A DNA stretch of 64,000 nt from Macrostomum lignano (Eukaryota). This document shows, piece after piece, positions 12,301 to 22,780 of this stretch. The translations under genes were made by a program, and so were the position numbers. How positions within the stretch are numbered: position 1 is the first letter of the stretch; each line of letters opens with the position of its first letter. The notes below the pieces were generated by a model. That model was given only the letters and a program-made list of their open reading frames with translations. It was not told the origin of the DNA and did no database searches. Where the stretch lies: positions 404,554 to 468,553 of the forward strand of contig NIVC01000553.1 in the NCBI GenBank assembly GCA_002269645.1. The letters are read 5' to 3'.

Positions 12301-15300
12301 TAAAGTTTAGAGTAAAGTGAAGTGTAGAGCATGGGCGGTTATTATGATGCGTTTAAATTGGTAATTAGTCTAACATATTAGGTTTCGAGTGCACAATGAA
12401 GTATTACTGCGAAAATAGAGAAGCCCATTTGGGGCACACACAGATGCACTCACACACACGCTCACACAGGGCGTACAAGCGACCCCGACTTTCTAATCGT
12501 CAGGCACATGTACACTCTGTGCCTCGGGGGATCACCCGTTGGCCCTTAAAATCTCGAGTAAAACGACAAACCTGGTGACAATCTTTGTTGCAGAAGATTA
12601 CAGAAGCAGTTGACATGTAGGTATTATTGGTAAAAATCACTGAAGATCAAAGTGCATTATTGACACTTATTAGAACGAACTGACTGAGGCTAGCATAGAC
12701 ATCATCATATTTTTGACGAGTTAATAGATTTCACAGATAAATCAGACTAGATTGGGCTACGTATGATACCAAATTTCAATGAATTCGAAGTCACATAAGA
12801 AGAATAAAGCTTTGATACTATGCAACAGTTAACCCCCCCCCCACTGACTCAAAACGCGGGTCAAAAAACGCCGTAGTCTCTACGCCGTGTCTCGCCGTAG
12901 CATCCTGATTGATACTTCACACTTCTGAATCACCGATGGCATGCGAAACTTTCTGAGTACAGTTAAAGAGAACTTAGTCAGCAAAAATTTCAAAAGTGAA
13001 AAAGTTAAAAAAAGTTTCACTGGATAGGCCACAAAATTGAGTAGTACAAGATCGATTCGTACGGTTATCTTAGCCCAGGATTTAGCTAGTCATTAATTTC
13101 GAATTTTTGAATATCGATCCGCCGGAGGGCTGCTGGCGTCGGTTGACTTGCCCTCGACGGTGGAGCAATCGGCCCCGTCTCGGCAGACTCCTCCGTCGGC
13201 TCCAGTTAGCACGGATGAGCCTTCCGTGTCGCTGACGTAGTGCTCCATCCCGATGTAGTAGTTCGGCTGCAGCAGCAGTGGCGCCGCGCTGATCGCTACC
13301 AGATCCCTTGGCTGGAACGCCGCTTTCCACTTGCCGTTCGGGTGCCGGTCGAACATCACCGGCAAGTATTCGTCAACTGCAATCAATCGGCTCAATGGTT
13401 TTTGAGCGACGAGTTTCTCGGCACCTCGCTTAGTGAGGGCGTAGCCGAGGGTCCAGTAGGTGTAGGCAGGATACGTGAGAAACTCCGAGCCAGGAACCGC
13501 CTTCTCGTCCTCTGAGTACATGATCTTCCGTCCGAGGTACAGCAGCTCCCAGTCCGACTGCAGGCGATCTGCCTCCCTCACAGTTGCCAAGAGGCGCTCC
13601 TCAAAGTTCGGACCGAACCGGACGTCGTCTTCCAGGACGAGAACTCGATTTAGCGTCGGATCGTTTGCCAGAGCCTGCCAGACAGCGTGATGGCTGAGGA
13701 AGCAGCCGACTTCGCCCATGGTGAGTCTCCGACCGTGGAAGGGGTCCGCGTACCCGTCCAAGGACTTGATGCCGTTTCGCTGCAGCCAGCTCGAGTTCAA
13801 CCGGCGGCCGTCAACAGCTTCCAGATGCTTCCAGTCGAGTCCCAGCAGTGTCAGTGCGTACCGCATTCTTTCCAGACGATCTGGCCGCCTCGACAAATTG
13901 ATGACGAATATCAGGTCGAAGCCCAGCTTCCTCGGAGGCCTTGATGGAGCAGCGTAACTGGCCAACGAAGCGACTGGTTGCCAGGACTCGAGGCCGGCTC
14001 TGTGATAGTGAAACTCCATCAGGGCGTGCTTGAACGCTCCAGCCTCCAGGTCGAGAACTGGCAGACTCTTGTCAGACAGCAAGCGCCTGTCGTCGAAGGT
14101 GGCGTAGACGCCAAACTGCAGACTGTTGTCCAGCACAGGCTGGATGCCCGCAGCCGCGGCGGCCCAGTGCATCAAAGGCAAGTCGTCAATGGGCCACTCG
14201 ATCGGGTAGTTGCTGGGCATCGGATCGAACTTAAATCCGGAGCCAGTGCTGTCATCGTTCTGCAACGACAGCAAAAATGCCGAATGAACAACGGCCACCG
14301 GGAAGATGCCGATGCGCCTTCGCCTCTGGATGTCAAGGTAGGTGTCAGATCGAAGGTAATAGCCAGTCTCGCGGTCGATGTCGCCCCAGAAGTTGGCACC
14401 AAAGCTCGCATCCGTGCTGCAGTTGAGCAGGGGAGCCAGCAAGCTCAAGTCCCTGCTGGTCAGGTGACGAAGCGTGTCGGGATGAGTGATCAACACGTCG
14501 GCGTCCAGGTAAAACACAAACTTTGAACCGTAGACTCGAGCCGACTCCAAGGCTAGCTGTCTAAGTCTCAGCACGTGACGAAAGCGCTCCTCGGTCCAGT
14601 CCAAGCCTTGAGTCTCTTCTTCGCCATCGAATTTTAGTGGATACTCGCTTGCTCGGATTTCAATTCGCGCGTACCGTTGCAGATTTGCTCGCTGCCAGGT
14701 GTGCAGCAGTTGCAGACTCCTGTCTCTGCTGTGATCAACGAAGAATAGCATGGACAGCCGGCTTGAGTTGTAGTTCTGCCGCTCGATTCCAGCCAGCGAG
14801 TAGGGCAGAGCAAAGGCCTTGTTCCGGACAAGCACAGCAATGGTGACGTCCGGGTCTGGTGAACTGTCGGATTCGAATGAGTCATCGGAATGGCAGAGGC
14901 CAGGTGCAAATAGCAATACCAATAATATCGCTTGCAGCAGAATCATAGCAAACAAGTGAAGAAGACTGCTTTGAACAACAGGCATTGTTAGCCGCTGCCG
15001 TCTAGCTTGTGTTCCTGCTGCGATGCGTTCTGGAGCTGCTTTCTGCAATACACCCCGGTAGTTCGATCCCTGACTTTTGTAGCCACTCTCTTCCTCTACG
15101 CATTCGAAGCCCGGAATGTGCGTCCGTCTGTCTGTCCGTCCGTCCGTCCGTTCGTTCGTTTCTTCCTTCAGTGACGAAGGCATACGAAATTTGATGCGCG
15201 CGAATCTTTGCCTCTTCCAGGACGAACGAGATGAATCGGTTCCGCACCCGTCCCTATCCGGGCAGGCAACCAGCCTTCCTCCTGCCCTCCAACCCTTCCT

Positions 15301-18300
15301 TCACCCCCAAAGTTGCGCGATGCACATGGCTACAAGTCGAGAGAGAGAGAGAGAGACAGAGAGAGAGAGGAACCAAAAGTCAGGCAAGCACAGCGGGTAA
15401 CAGACCTCAGTGCACATAGTTAGGCTTAATTTGTATGCACCTGAATGTCCATATAGGTGTTCTTAAAATTTCTGCTTGGGTCCGTAACCAACAAAAATAT
15501 CCTTTTGTTACAACATTAGATGTACTTAGTTCTTGTTTGAAATAATTATCGTTGTGTAGAATGTGTCATACTAAGGGAATTTTGTTGTACCCATAATTGT
15601 TGAGCATCGAACTCTAGATACTTTGGAGAATCGAACCCTAGATACTTTGGAGAATCGAACCCTAGGTACTTTGGAGAATCAAACCCTAGATACTTTGGAG
15701 AATCGAACCCTAGATACTTTGGAGAATCGAACCCTAGATACTTTGGAGAATCGAACCCTAGATACTTTGGAGAATCGAACCCTAGATACTTTGGAGAATC
15801 AAACCCTAGATACTTTGGAGAATCGAACCCTAGATACTTTGGAGAATCGAACCCTAGATACTTTGGAGAATCGAACCCTAGATACTTTGGAGAATCGAAC
15901 CCTAGGTACTTTGGAGAATCGAACCCTAGATACTTTGGAGAATCGAACCCTAGATACTTTGGAGAATCGAACCCTAGGTACTTTGGAGAATCGAACCCTA
16001 GATACTTTGGAGAATCGAACCCTAGGTACTTTGGAGAATCGAACCCTAGGTACTTTGGAGAATCGAACCCTAGATACTTTGGAGAATCGAACCCTAGATA
16101 CTTTGGGCAATAAATCCCTAGATACCCGAAATTCGCTAACAATTAACGACAACAAAAAGCGACTCACAGCATTAGTGAGCTGTTGGCAGTCGCTTCTCAA
16201 CTCGTCCTCTGCCGACTCTCGCATCTCTCTCTCCCTCTCGCGTTCCATTTCTCGCTCCTTCTCTCGATCTCGCAGCTCTCGAACCCACTGCACGGCAGCG
16301 GCCAAGTTCGAAGGCGGCGGCGGCGGGGGCGGCGGTGCGAACATCCTCGGAGCGACAGGCGGCAGCGGTGGCGGCGGAGGAGGCGGCGGTGGCTTCAGAT
16401 CTCCAAGGGCTAGTCTTCTACCAGGAGCAGAAGACTTCAACGGCAGGCAAGGCTCCGAGGCGGCTGCAGCGACAGCTCTGTCAGATAAATCTGAGTCCTC
16501 TTCGTTGTCGGAAAAGGAGTTGACCGCTCTGGCCGAGTTGCTTCTTCGCTGTCGGTGCTGCTGTCGAAGGTAGCGCCTCCGGTGCGGACCCTGCTGGCTC
16601 CAGCCGACTCGAAGCAGCTCGTCTGTTCCGTCCGAATTTGGGGATTCGGCCTGCATAAATTATGTTAATTAGATTGGTTAATTTTCAGGGTTTGCTTGAT
16701 TGGGCATTGTTCATGCGGATTAGATATGGAATAGATATGGGTTAGATACTGGATAGAGACATGGACTAGATATGGGGTATATAAGGGTTAGATATGGATT
16801 AGATATGAGTTAGACATGGGTTAGATATGGGTTTGACATCATGAGTTAGACATGGATTAGATATTGGGTTAGCTATTGATAAGATATGGGTTAGACATGA
16901 GTTGGACATGGATTAGATATGGGTGAGATATTAGTTAGACATGGGTTAGATATGGGTTAGATATGGGTTAAATATTGATTAGATATGGGTTAGATATGGG
17001 TTAGATATGAGTTAGACATGGGTTAGACGGTTAGATATGGGTTAGATATGAGTTAGACTTGGGTTAGATATGGGCTAGATATGGATTAGATATTGAGTTA
17101 GATATGGGATAGACATGAATTAGATATGGAGTAAATATGGAGTAGATATAGGTTAGATGTGGATTAGATATGGGTTAGATACGGGTTAGATACGGTCAGT
17201 GTGTATCCAGAACAAATCTCTCACTCAGCCTGATGAAGCTAATATTTTAATGAGAAAATTCAAAAGTGAAACTCACGCTTGCCTCACACTCGGCTCTGAA
17301 CTGCTGGATGCTAGAAACCCCATTCCCAACTCATCCCATTTTCTCCCATACTTCTATGAGCTTTGCCTTCCCTGCTCTCTTTAACCTCCCCTCGCCTCCC
17401 CCGCCCCGACAAAAGCCAATCAATACGGAGCTGCTGATGTCCAGGCGGCAGAGCAAAAATTAGCTCTGCAACTTGGGCTTCTTTTAGAAGCAGGGTACGG
17501 CTGTCTCGTTTCCGTAGCTCACCTTTCGTCTTTCTCGCCTCTCCCTCTTCCCTCTCTCCCAATTTTAGTCAACTGAGTCTCCCCTCCCTCTCCAGGTAGC
17601 ACGCTGATCTGGGAGGCATGGGGCTGAGTCAGCATCACGATTGCTGCTTTTAGCCAGTAGCCAATCAGCTTGGCCAGTCTGCGTGGCTTCTTCTGCTGAT
17701 AGTACGGCAGTGTAAATATTGTAAACTAGCAATATCTGCCTTCCTTCGAAACGGAACCTATGTGCATGGTACTTGCAGCTTCGAATTCTCCCCCTTGAAG
17801 GTCGCAAAGTTTCTTCTATTGAAACTTCGCTCTTACGTCAAAGTCTCACCCCTAGACATGTCAAAGTCTAACCCCTAGAAATAACAAAGTCTCACCCTAG
17901 ACATATCAAAGTCTCACCCCTAGATATGTCAAAGTCTCACCCCTAGACACTTCAAAGTCTCAGCCCTAGACACGTCAAAGTCCCACCCTAGACACGTCAA
18001 AGTCCCACCCCTAGACACCCCATTCGCCATAAATTCTCACCTCCTGAATCGCCTCAAACTCACCCTTTCTCCGCCCGACTCTTTTTGCTCTTCTTTTGCA
18101 GACTCGCCTCCACCAGCACCACCGTCTTGACGCCGACGAAGCGACCTGCTCTGTCGATCTTGTCCGGGCGAGTCGCTCTCATGAAATTGCGACTTAGTAG
18201 AGCGAAATACCGGACGGCGGGATTGGGCAGAGTCGGCAGCAGGTGAGTTCTTGGACCGACTCGGCACCGATTCAGCAAAAGTTGTCGTCTTTGTCGTAGC

Positions 18301-19143
18301 GCGAGTTACCAGACTGGAGGCGCTAGGCAGCGGCATTGTTGACGCCGTTGTCGACTGCTGCGTTTCCATGGTAACGATAGGTCGCGCGATCGGTTTTGTT
18401 GATCGATTTTCCGTTACCATAAAAACCAAAGGTCGCGATGAAGCTGATGATTTAGTCTCCAAGGCAGCTGGAAGTCTCGGTGGGGTTGATGAAGTTGTCG
18501 TCTCCATGACAACCGGCGATCGAGGCGTTGTTGACGATGTCTTGGTCTCCATGACAACCGGCGATAGAGGCGTTGTTGACGATGTCTTGGTCTCCATGAC
18601 AACCGGCGATCGAGGCGTTGTTGACGATGTCCTCGTCTCCATGACAACCGGCGATTGAGGAGTTGCTGACGTCTTCGTCTCCATGACAACCGGAGGTCTA
18701 GATGAAATAGCGTTGTTAGTTTCCATGGCAACTGCTGGCCTACTGGCAGACGATGACGTAACCTGACTCAGCAGCTCTCGCTTCAGACGCTCCCTCTCCT
18801 CCTTTAAAGCGGTAACATTATTGCTATCAGTCTTTGTAACACCTGCTGTGCCACCTACAGCGGCAGTGGTAGGAACAGGAGTCTGTCTTTTATTGGCTTC
18901 ATCTTTTCCGCTCCGCCTTGCCAGCATCAGCTGCTCCGGATCGGGAAACGCCTGCCGAATATTGTCACCTGGCGGCATCTGTTTGATCTGCACCGACTGC
19001 GCATCGGAGCTGGCGGACTCTGCAGCGATCTGCTGCTGATGTTGCTTCGAAAGGTTTGTTGTTGCTGCTGTTGAAGACTTGCTTTGCTTTCTACGGTGTT
19101 GCAGAAACGAGTCCGGATCTGGCAGGCTAGCTTTGGTTGCCAT
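7652..19143 (-). CDS. Uncharacterised coiled-coil / low-complexity protein, about 1067 aa. Predicted exons 19143-18064, 16650-16168, 11067-10754, 9844-8660, 7793-7652.
   Basis: Four GT-AG junctions are phase-compatible (0,0,2,2): AGG|GTGAGT, GCT|GTGAGT, AAG|GTTCGG, CGG|GTGAGC. Total length 3204 nt is a multiple of 3 and ends in TGA. The heptad-like segment reads continuously across the exon 2/3 junction (ELRSDCQQLTNA|LRSRQLELDRLSSQL). Poly-Q, poly-P and VVMET repeats present. The start codon and the exon 2-3 link are inferred. Confidence 0.65.
9935..10665. repeat. 21-bp intronic minisatellite (CCCAACTGAGATCCCATCTCA)
   Basis: Direct reading. Confidence 0.95.
11100..11480. repeat. Degenerate 21-bp purine-rich minisatellite (GACTGATTAGAGTGAGAGGTA)
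   Basis: Direct reading. Confidence 0.85.
12425..12535 (-). mobile_element. Diverged internal fragment of SINE family A
   Basis: Reverse complement GAGGCACAGAGTGTACATGTGCCTGACGAT...TGTACGCCCTGTGTGAGCGTGTGTG aligns by eye with the SINE body. Confidence 0.45.
13093..14985 (-). CDS. COLGALT1: Procollagen galactosyltransferase (COLGALT1/2-like, glycosyltransferase family 25), intronless, about 630 aa
   Basis: Uninterrupted ORF. Signal/anchor MPVVQSSLLHLFAMILLQAILLVLLFAPGLC; N-terminal GT-like domain (TIAVLVRNKAFALP, YLDAD); GT25 domain motifs VINLSRRPDRLERM, AVDG, GEVGCFLSH, VLEDD, WELLYLGRK, YTYWTLGY, VDEYLP, YVSDTE. ATG 14985 was chosen over the ORF-finder start at 15183, which runs through a microsatellite. 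Confidence 0.92.
   Translation of the reverse strand: MPVVQSSLLHLFAMILLQAILLVLLFAPGLCHSDDSFESDSSPDPDVTIAVLVRNKAFALPYSLAGIERQNYNSSRLSMLFFVDHSRDRSLQLLHTWQRANLQRYARIEIRASEYPLKFDGEEETQGLDWTEERFRHVLRLRQLALESARVYGSKFVFYLDADVLITHPDTLRHLTSRDLSLLAPLLNCSTDASFGANFWGDIDRETGYYLRSDTYLDIQRRRRIGIFPVAVVHSAFLLSLQNDDSTGSGFKFDPMPSNYPIEWPIDDLPLMHWAAAAAGIQPVLDNSLQFGVYATFDDRRLLSDKSLPVLDLEAGAFKHALMEFHYHRAGLESWQPVASLASYAAPSRPPRKLGFDLIFVINLSRRPDRLERMRYALTLLGLDWKHLEAVDGRRLNSSWLQRNGIKSLDGYADPFHGRRLTMGEVGCFLSHHAVWQALANDPTLNRVLVLEDDVRFGPNFEERLLATVREADRLQSDWELLYLGRKIMYSEDEKAVPGSEFLTYPAYTYWTLGYALTKRGAEKLVAQKPLSRLIAVDEYLPVMFDRHPNGKWKAAFQPRDLVAISAAPLLLQPNYYIGMEHYVSDTEGSSVLTGADGGVCRDGADCSTVEGKSTDASSPPADRYSKIRN
15613..16122. 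repeat. 24-bp intronic minisatellite (AGATACTTTGGAGAATCGAACCCT)
   Basis: Direct reading. Confidence 0.97.
16715..17195. repeat. Degenerate 11-bp minisatellite (GGTTAGATATG)
   Basis: Direct reading. Confidence 0.9.
17838..18020. repeat. Short ~24-bp minisatellite (CCCCTAGACAYGTCAAAGTCTCAC)
   Basis: Direct reading. Confidence 0.85.
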
Positions 19144-19150
19144 AGGCAAC
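18362..19150. promoter_or_regulatory. Cluster of eight X-box-like motifs within coding exon 1 of the coiled-coil gene
   Basis: GTTTCCATGGTAAC 18362, GTCTCCATGACAAC at 18500/18545/18590/18635/18677, GTTTCCATGGCAAC 18719, and GTTGCCATAGGCAAC 19136 (15 bp, spans the ATG). Confidence 0.45.
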
Positions 19151-19404
19151 GAACGGGGTTGAAATTTCTTCAGAAACCAGTTTTGTAATCACGTGCGGTC
19201 GCTTGTGCCTTAAACTGGCCATTCTTATTTGAGTTAATATTTATACAACTGGCTCTCACTGTTGGATTGGCTGACATGGCTGCTGCAGATGTCAGTTGAT
19301 TGTGCAAGACAGTTTGCCAAAAGCTGCACGGACATATTTCTTTTGCGGGCTGCCTTTAGAATAGCGGCTCTGTGATTAGCGGATATTCAGCCAGCTTCAC
19401 TTTG

Positions 19405-20548
19405 CCGAAAATTCACAACTCTAAAAGTGTCACACTTCCGAACATTCACAACTCTAAATAATTCACAGCTCTAAATAAAAGCTTCAAATTGCCAAACATT
19501 CACAAACCCCAAAAGCTTCACACGGCCGAAAATTCACAAACTCCGAAAGCTTCACATTGCCGAACATTCACAAACTCCAGAAGCTTCACATTGCCGAGCA
19601 TTCACAACTCCAGAAGCTTTACATTGCCAAGCATTCACAAACTCCAGAAGCTTCACATTGCCGAACATTCACAAACTCCAGAAGCTTCACATTGCCGAAC
19701 ATTCACAACTCTAGAAGCTTCACATTGTTAAACATTCACAACTCTAGAAGCTTCACATTGCCGAACATTCACAACTACAGAAGCTTCACATTGCCGAGCA
19801 TTCACAACTCCAGAAGCTTTACATTGCCAAGCATTCACAAACTCCAGAAGCTTCACATTGCCGAACATTCACAAACTCCAGAAGCTTCACATTGCCGAAC
19901 ATTCACAACTCTAGAAGCTTCACATTGCCGAACATTCACAACTCTAGAAGCTTCACATTGCCGAACATTCACAACTACAGAAGCTTCACATTGCCAAGCA
20001 TTCACAACTCCAGAAGCTTCACATTTCCGAACATTCACAACTCTAGAAGCTTCACATTGCCGAGCATTCACAAACTCCAGAAGCTTCACATTTCCGAACA
20101 TTCACAAACTCTAGAAGCTTCACATTTCCGAACATTCACAAACTCTAGAAGCTTCACATTGCCGAGCATTCACAAACTCCAGAAGCTTCACATTGCCGAA
20201 CATTCACAAACTCCAAGAAGCTTCACATTGCCAAACATTCACAACCCCAGAAGCTTCACATTGCCGAACATTCACAACTTAGAAGTTTCACATTGCCGAA
20301 TATTCACAACTCCAGAAACTTCACATTGCCGAACATTCACAAACTCCAGAAGCTTCACATTGCCGAACATTCAAAAACTCCAGAAGCTTCACATTGCCAA
20401 ACATTCACAACTCTAGAAGCTTCACATTGCCAAACATTCACAACTCTAGAAGCTTCACATTGCCGAACATTCACAACTCTAGAAGCTTCACATTGCCGAA
20501 CATTCACAACTTCAGAAGCTTCACATTGCCGAATATTCACAAACTCCA
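19405..20548. repeat. 33/34-bp minisatellite (GAAGCTTCACATTGCCGAACATTCACAACTCYA)
   Basis: Direct reading. Confidence 0.95.
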
Positions 20549-20959
20549 AACTTATTAACACGAAAATTAATAAATAAAAGCAACATTAAGCACAGAAAAA
20601 GTAAGATTTTAAGCCCCTTTGGCATCAAAAATAAGAAATTTGTGACAAAAATTAATAAACAAAACACAATATAAATTTATTATGGTTCCATCATCATCAG
20701 TTTGCTGTTTAGCCTTCTGTAAAAAACACAAAGAAAAAGTAATATATTATTGCGGCACAAGAACTATTAGACTTAGAAACCTGTCACCACCAGAACGTGC
20801 AGGAGAAGAAAGATTGCAATAATTACAATCTTGTATACAAACAATTGCACAGAATATACGTATTATTGCATCAAATTGATGAAATCTGGTTCTTTATAAT
20901 CGGTAGGTTGGCAAGCAGATGAGAATTGGACATTTTCAGAATAAAGGCTCTGAATGAGA

Positions 20960-21415
20960 TGCTGAAGGCCTGAATGTTAACCTGAAGACTTCAATGTTAA
21001 CCTGAAGGTCTGAATGTTAACCTGAAGGTCTGAATGTTAACCTGAATGCCTGAATGTTAACCTAAAGGCCTGAATGTTAAACTGAAGGCCTGAATGTTAA
21101 CCTGAAGGTCTGAATGTTAACCTGAAGGTCTGAATGTTAACCTGAATGCCTGAATGTTAACCTAAAGGCCTGAATGTTAAACTGAAGGCCTGAATGTTAA
21201 CCTGAAGGTCTGAATGTTAAACTGAAAGTCTGAATGTTAAACTGAAAGTCTGAATGTTAACATGAATGTCTGAATGTTAACCTGAATGCCTGAATGTTAA
21301 CATGAATGTCTGAATGTTAACCTGAATGCCTGAATGTTAACCTGAAGGTCTGAATGTTAAACTGAAGGCCTGAATGCTAACCTGAAGGCCTGAATGTTAA
21401 CCTGAAGGCCTGAGG
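20960..21415. repeat. 20-bp minisatellite (CTGAATGTTAACCTGAAGGY)
   Basis: Direct reading. Confidence 0.95.
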
Positions 21416-21994
21416 TCTGAAGAAATCCACAGATTCAGGGTTGAAATCTCAAATTGCAGGCTTTCACATCAGACTCAATACAAGATTCAACACGCGAAAT
21501 ATACGATCATGTAAGCTTCTAAAGAAAAAATCAGGGATCACAGAAAACCAACAAGCTCAGCCAATAGATTTTCAGTTCTTTGTGGAATTCTATTCTTCAT
21601 TTCAATATTAAAAAGCTGGAAATTTTCTACTTTAGAATAACAAAAAACACGAAGACAACAAAATAGAGTGCGTAAACAGACTGGAAGACAATATTACTCA
21701 GGTAAAGTAAATACTTGCAAGTAGTATGTGAAGCAAAATTGCATTAAAACATGTAATACAACAATAAATATTATAATTAAGGCTTTTATGCAATATTCAA
21801 GGCAAGACCGATAGACTGAATAAGCCGGCAACCAAATAGCATGACAATACCATTGAAAACAATCGAGGAAAGCATGTATAAAATGTCTGTTAATTAATAC
21901 TAGTACTTTATTAAACTAGACCAAATATATTTTGATTAGACTTTTCGTTAATAAACAGTTCAATATGGGACTAACGGCTAATTTATTTCTATCA

Positions 21995-22610
21995 CCTGAT
22001 AATGTATCGAAAACTTATTTTCACATACAATCCAAAAGTTTGTCTATTACCCGATATGTACCGAAAACTAATTTTGAAATACAACCCAAAAGTTTGTCTA
22101 TTACCCGATATGTATCGAAAACTAATTTTGAAATACAACCCAAAAGTTTGCCCTTTACCCGATATGTATCGAAAAATAATTTTGAAATACAACCCAAAAG
22201 TTTGTCTATTACCCGATATGTATCGAAAACTAATTTTGAAATACAACCCAAAAGTTTGTCTATTACCCGATATGTATCGAAAACTAATTTTGAAATACAA
22301 CCCAAAAGTTTGTCTATTACCCGATATGTATCGAAAACTAATTTTGAAATACAACCCAAAAGTTTGTCTATTACCCGATATGTATCGAAAACTAATTTTG
22401 AAATACAACCCAAAAGTTTGTCTATTACCCGATATGTATCGAAAACTAATTTTGAAATACAATCCAAAATTTTGTCTATTACCCGATATGTATCGAAAAC
22501 TAATTTTGAAATTCAACCTAAAAGTTTGTCTATTACCCGATATGTATCGAAAACTAATTTTTAAATACAATCCAAAAGTTTGTCGATTACCCGATATGTA
22601 TCGAAAACAA
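21995..22610. repeat. 54-bp minisatellite, about 11 copies
   Basis: Period 54 read directly (ACCCAAAAG at 22084 and 22138). Confidence 0.95.
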
Positions 22611-22780
22611 CTTTCATACAACTACATCTTGTTTATTATCCGCCATGTATCTCGAAAGAATCCTATCAATAAAATTACTCTGTTGATTTAAATTTTATTC
22701 GATGTCCCGACATGTATCGAAAAGACGCATAGCTGAAGGAAATTTCTTTTAGGAGTTAATCAATAAGAGCAAAAGATTTA

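Noticed and set aside
12825-13030. piggyBac-like terminus (TTAA followed by a C run)
   Set aside because: No matching inverted end or transposase was found in the window.
15000-15183. N-terminal 66-aa extension of COLGALT from the ORF track
   Set aside because: It runs through a (GACG/GACA) microsatellite and would bury the signal sequence. ATG 14985 fits the family better.
17311-17700. Additional exon of the coiled-coil gene
   Set aside because: The candidate acceptor and donor give phase 0 in and phase 2 out, which does not fit the next exon. The flanking exons already join in frame.
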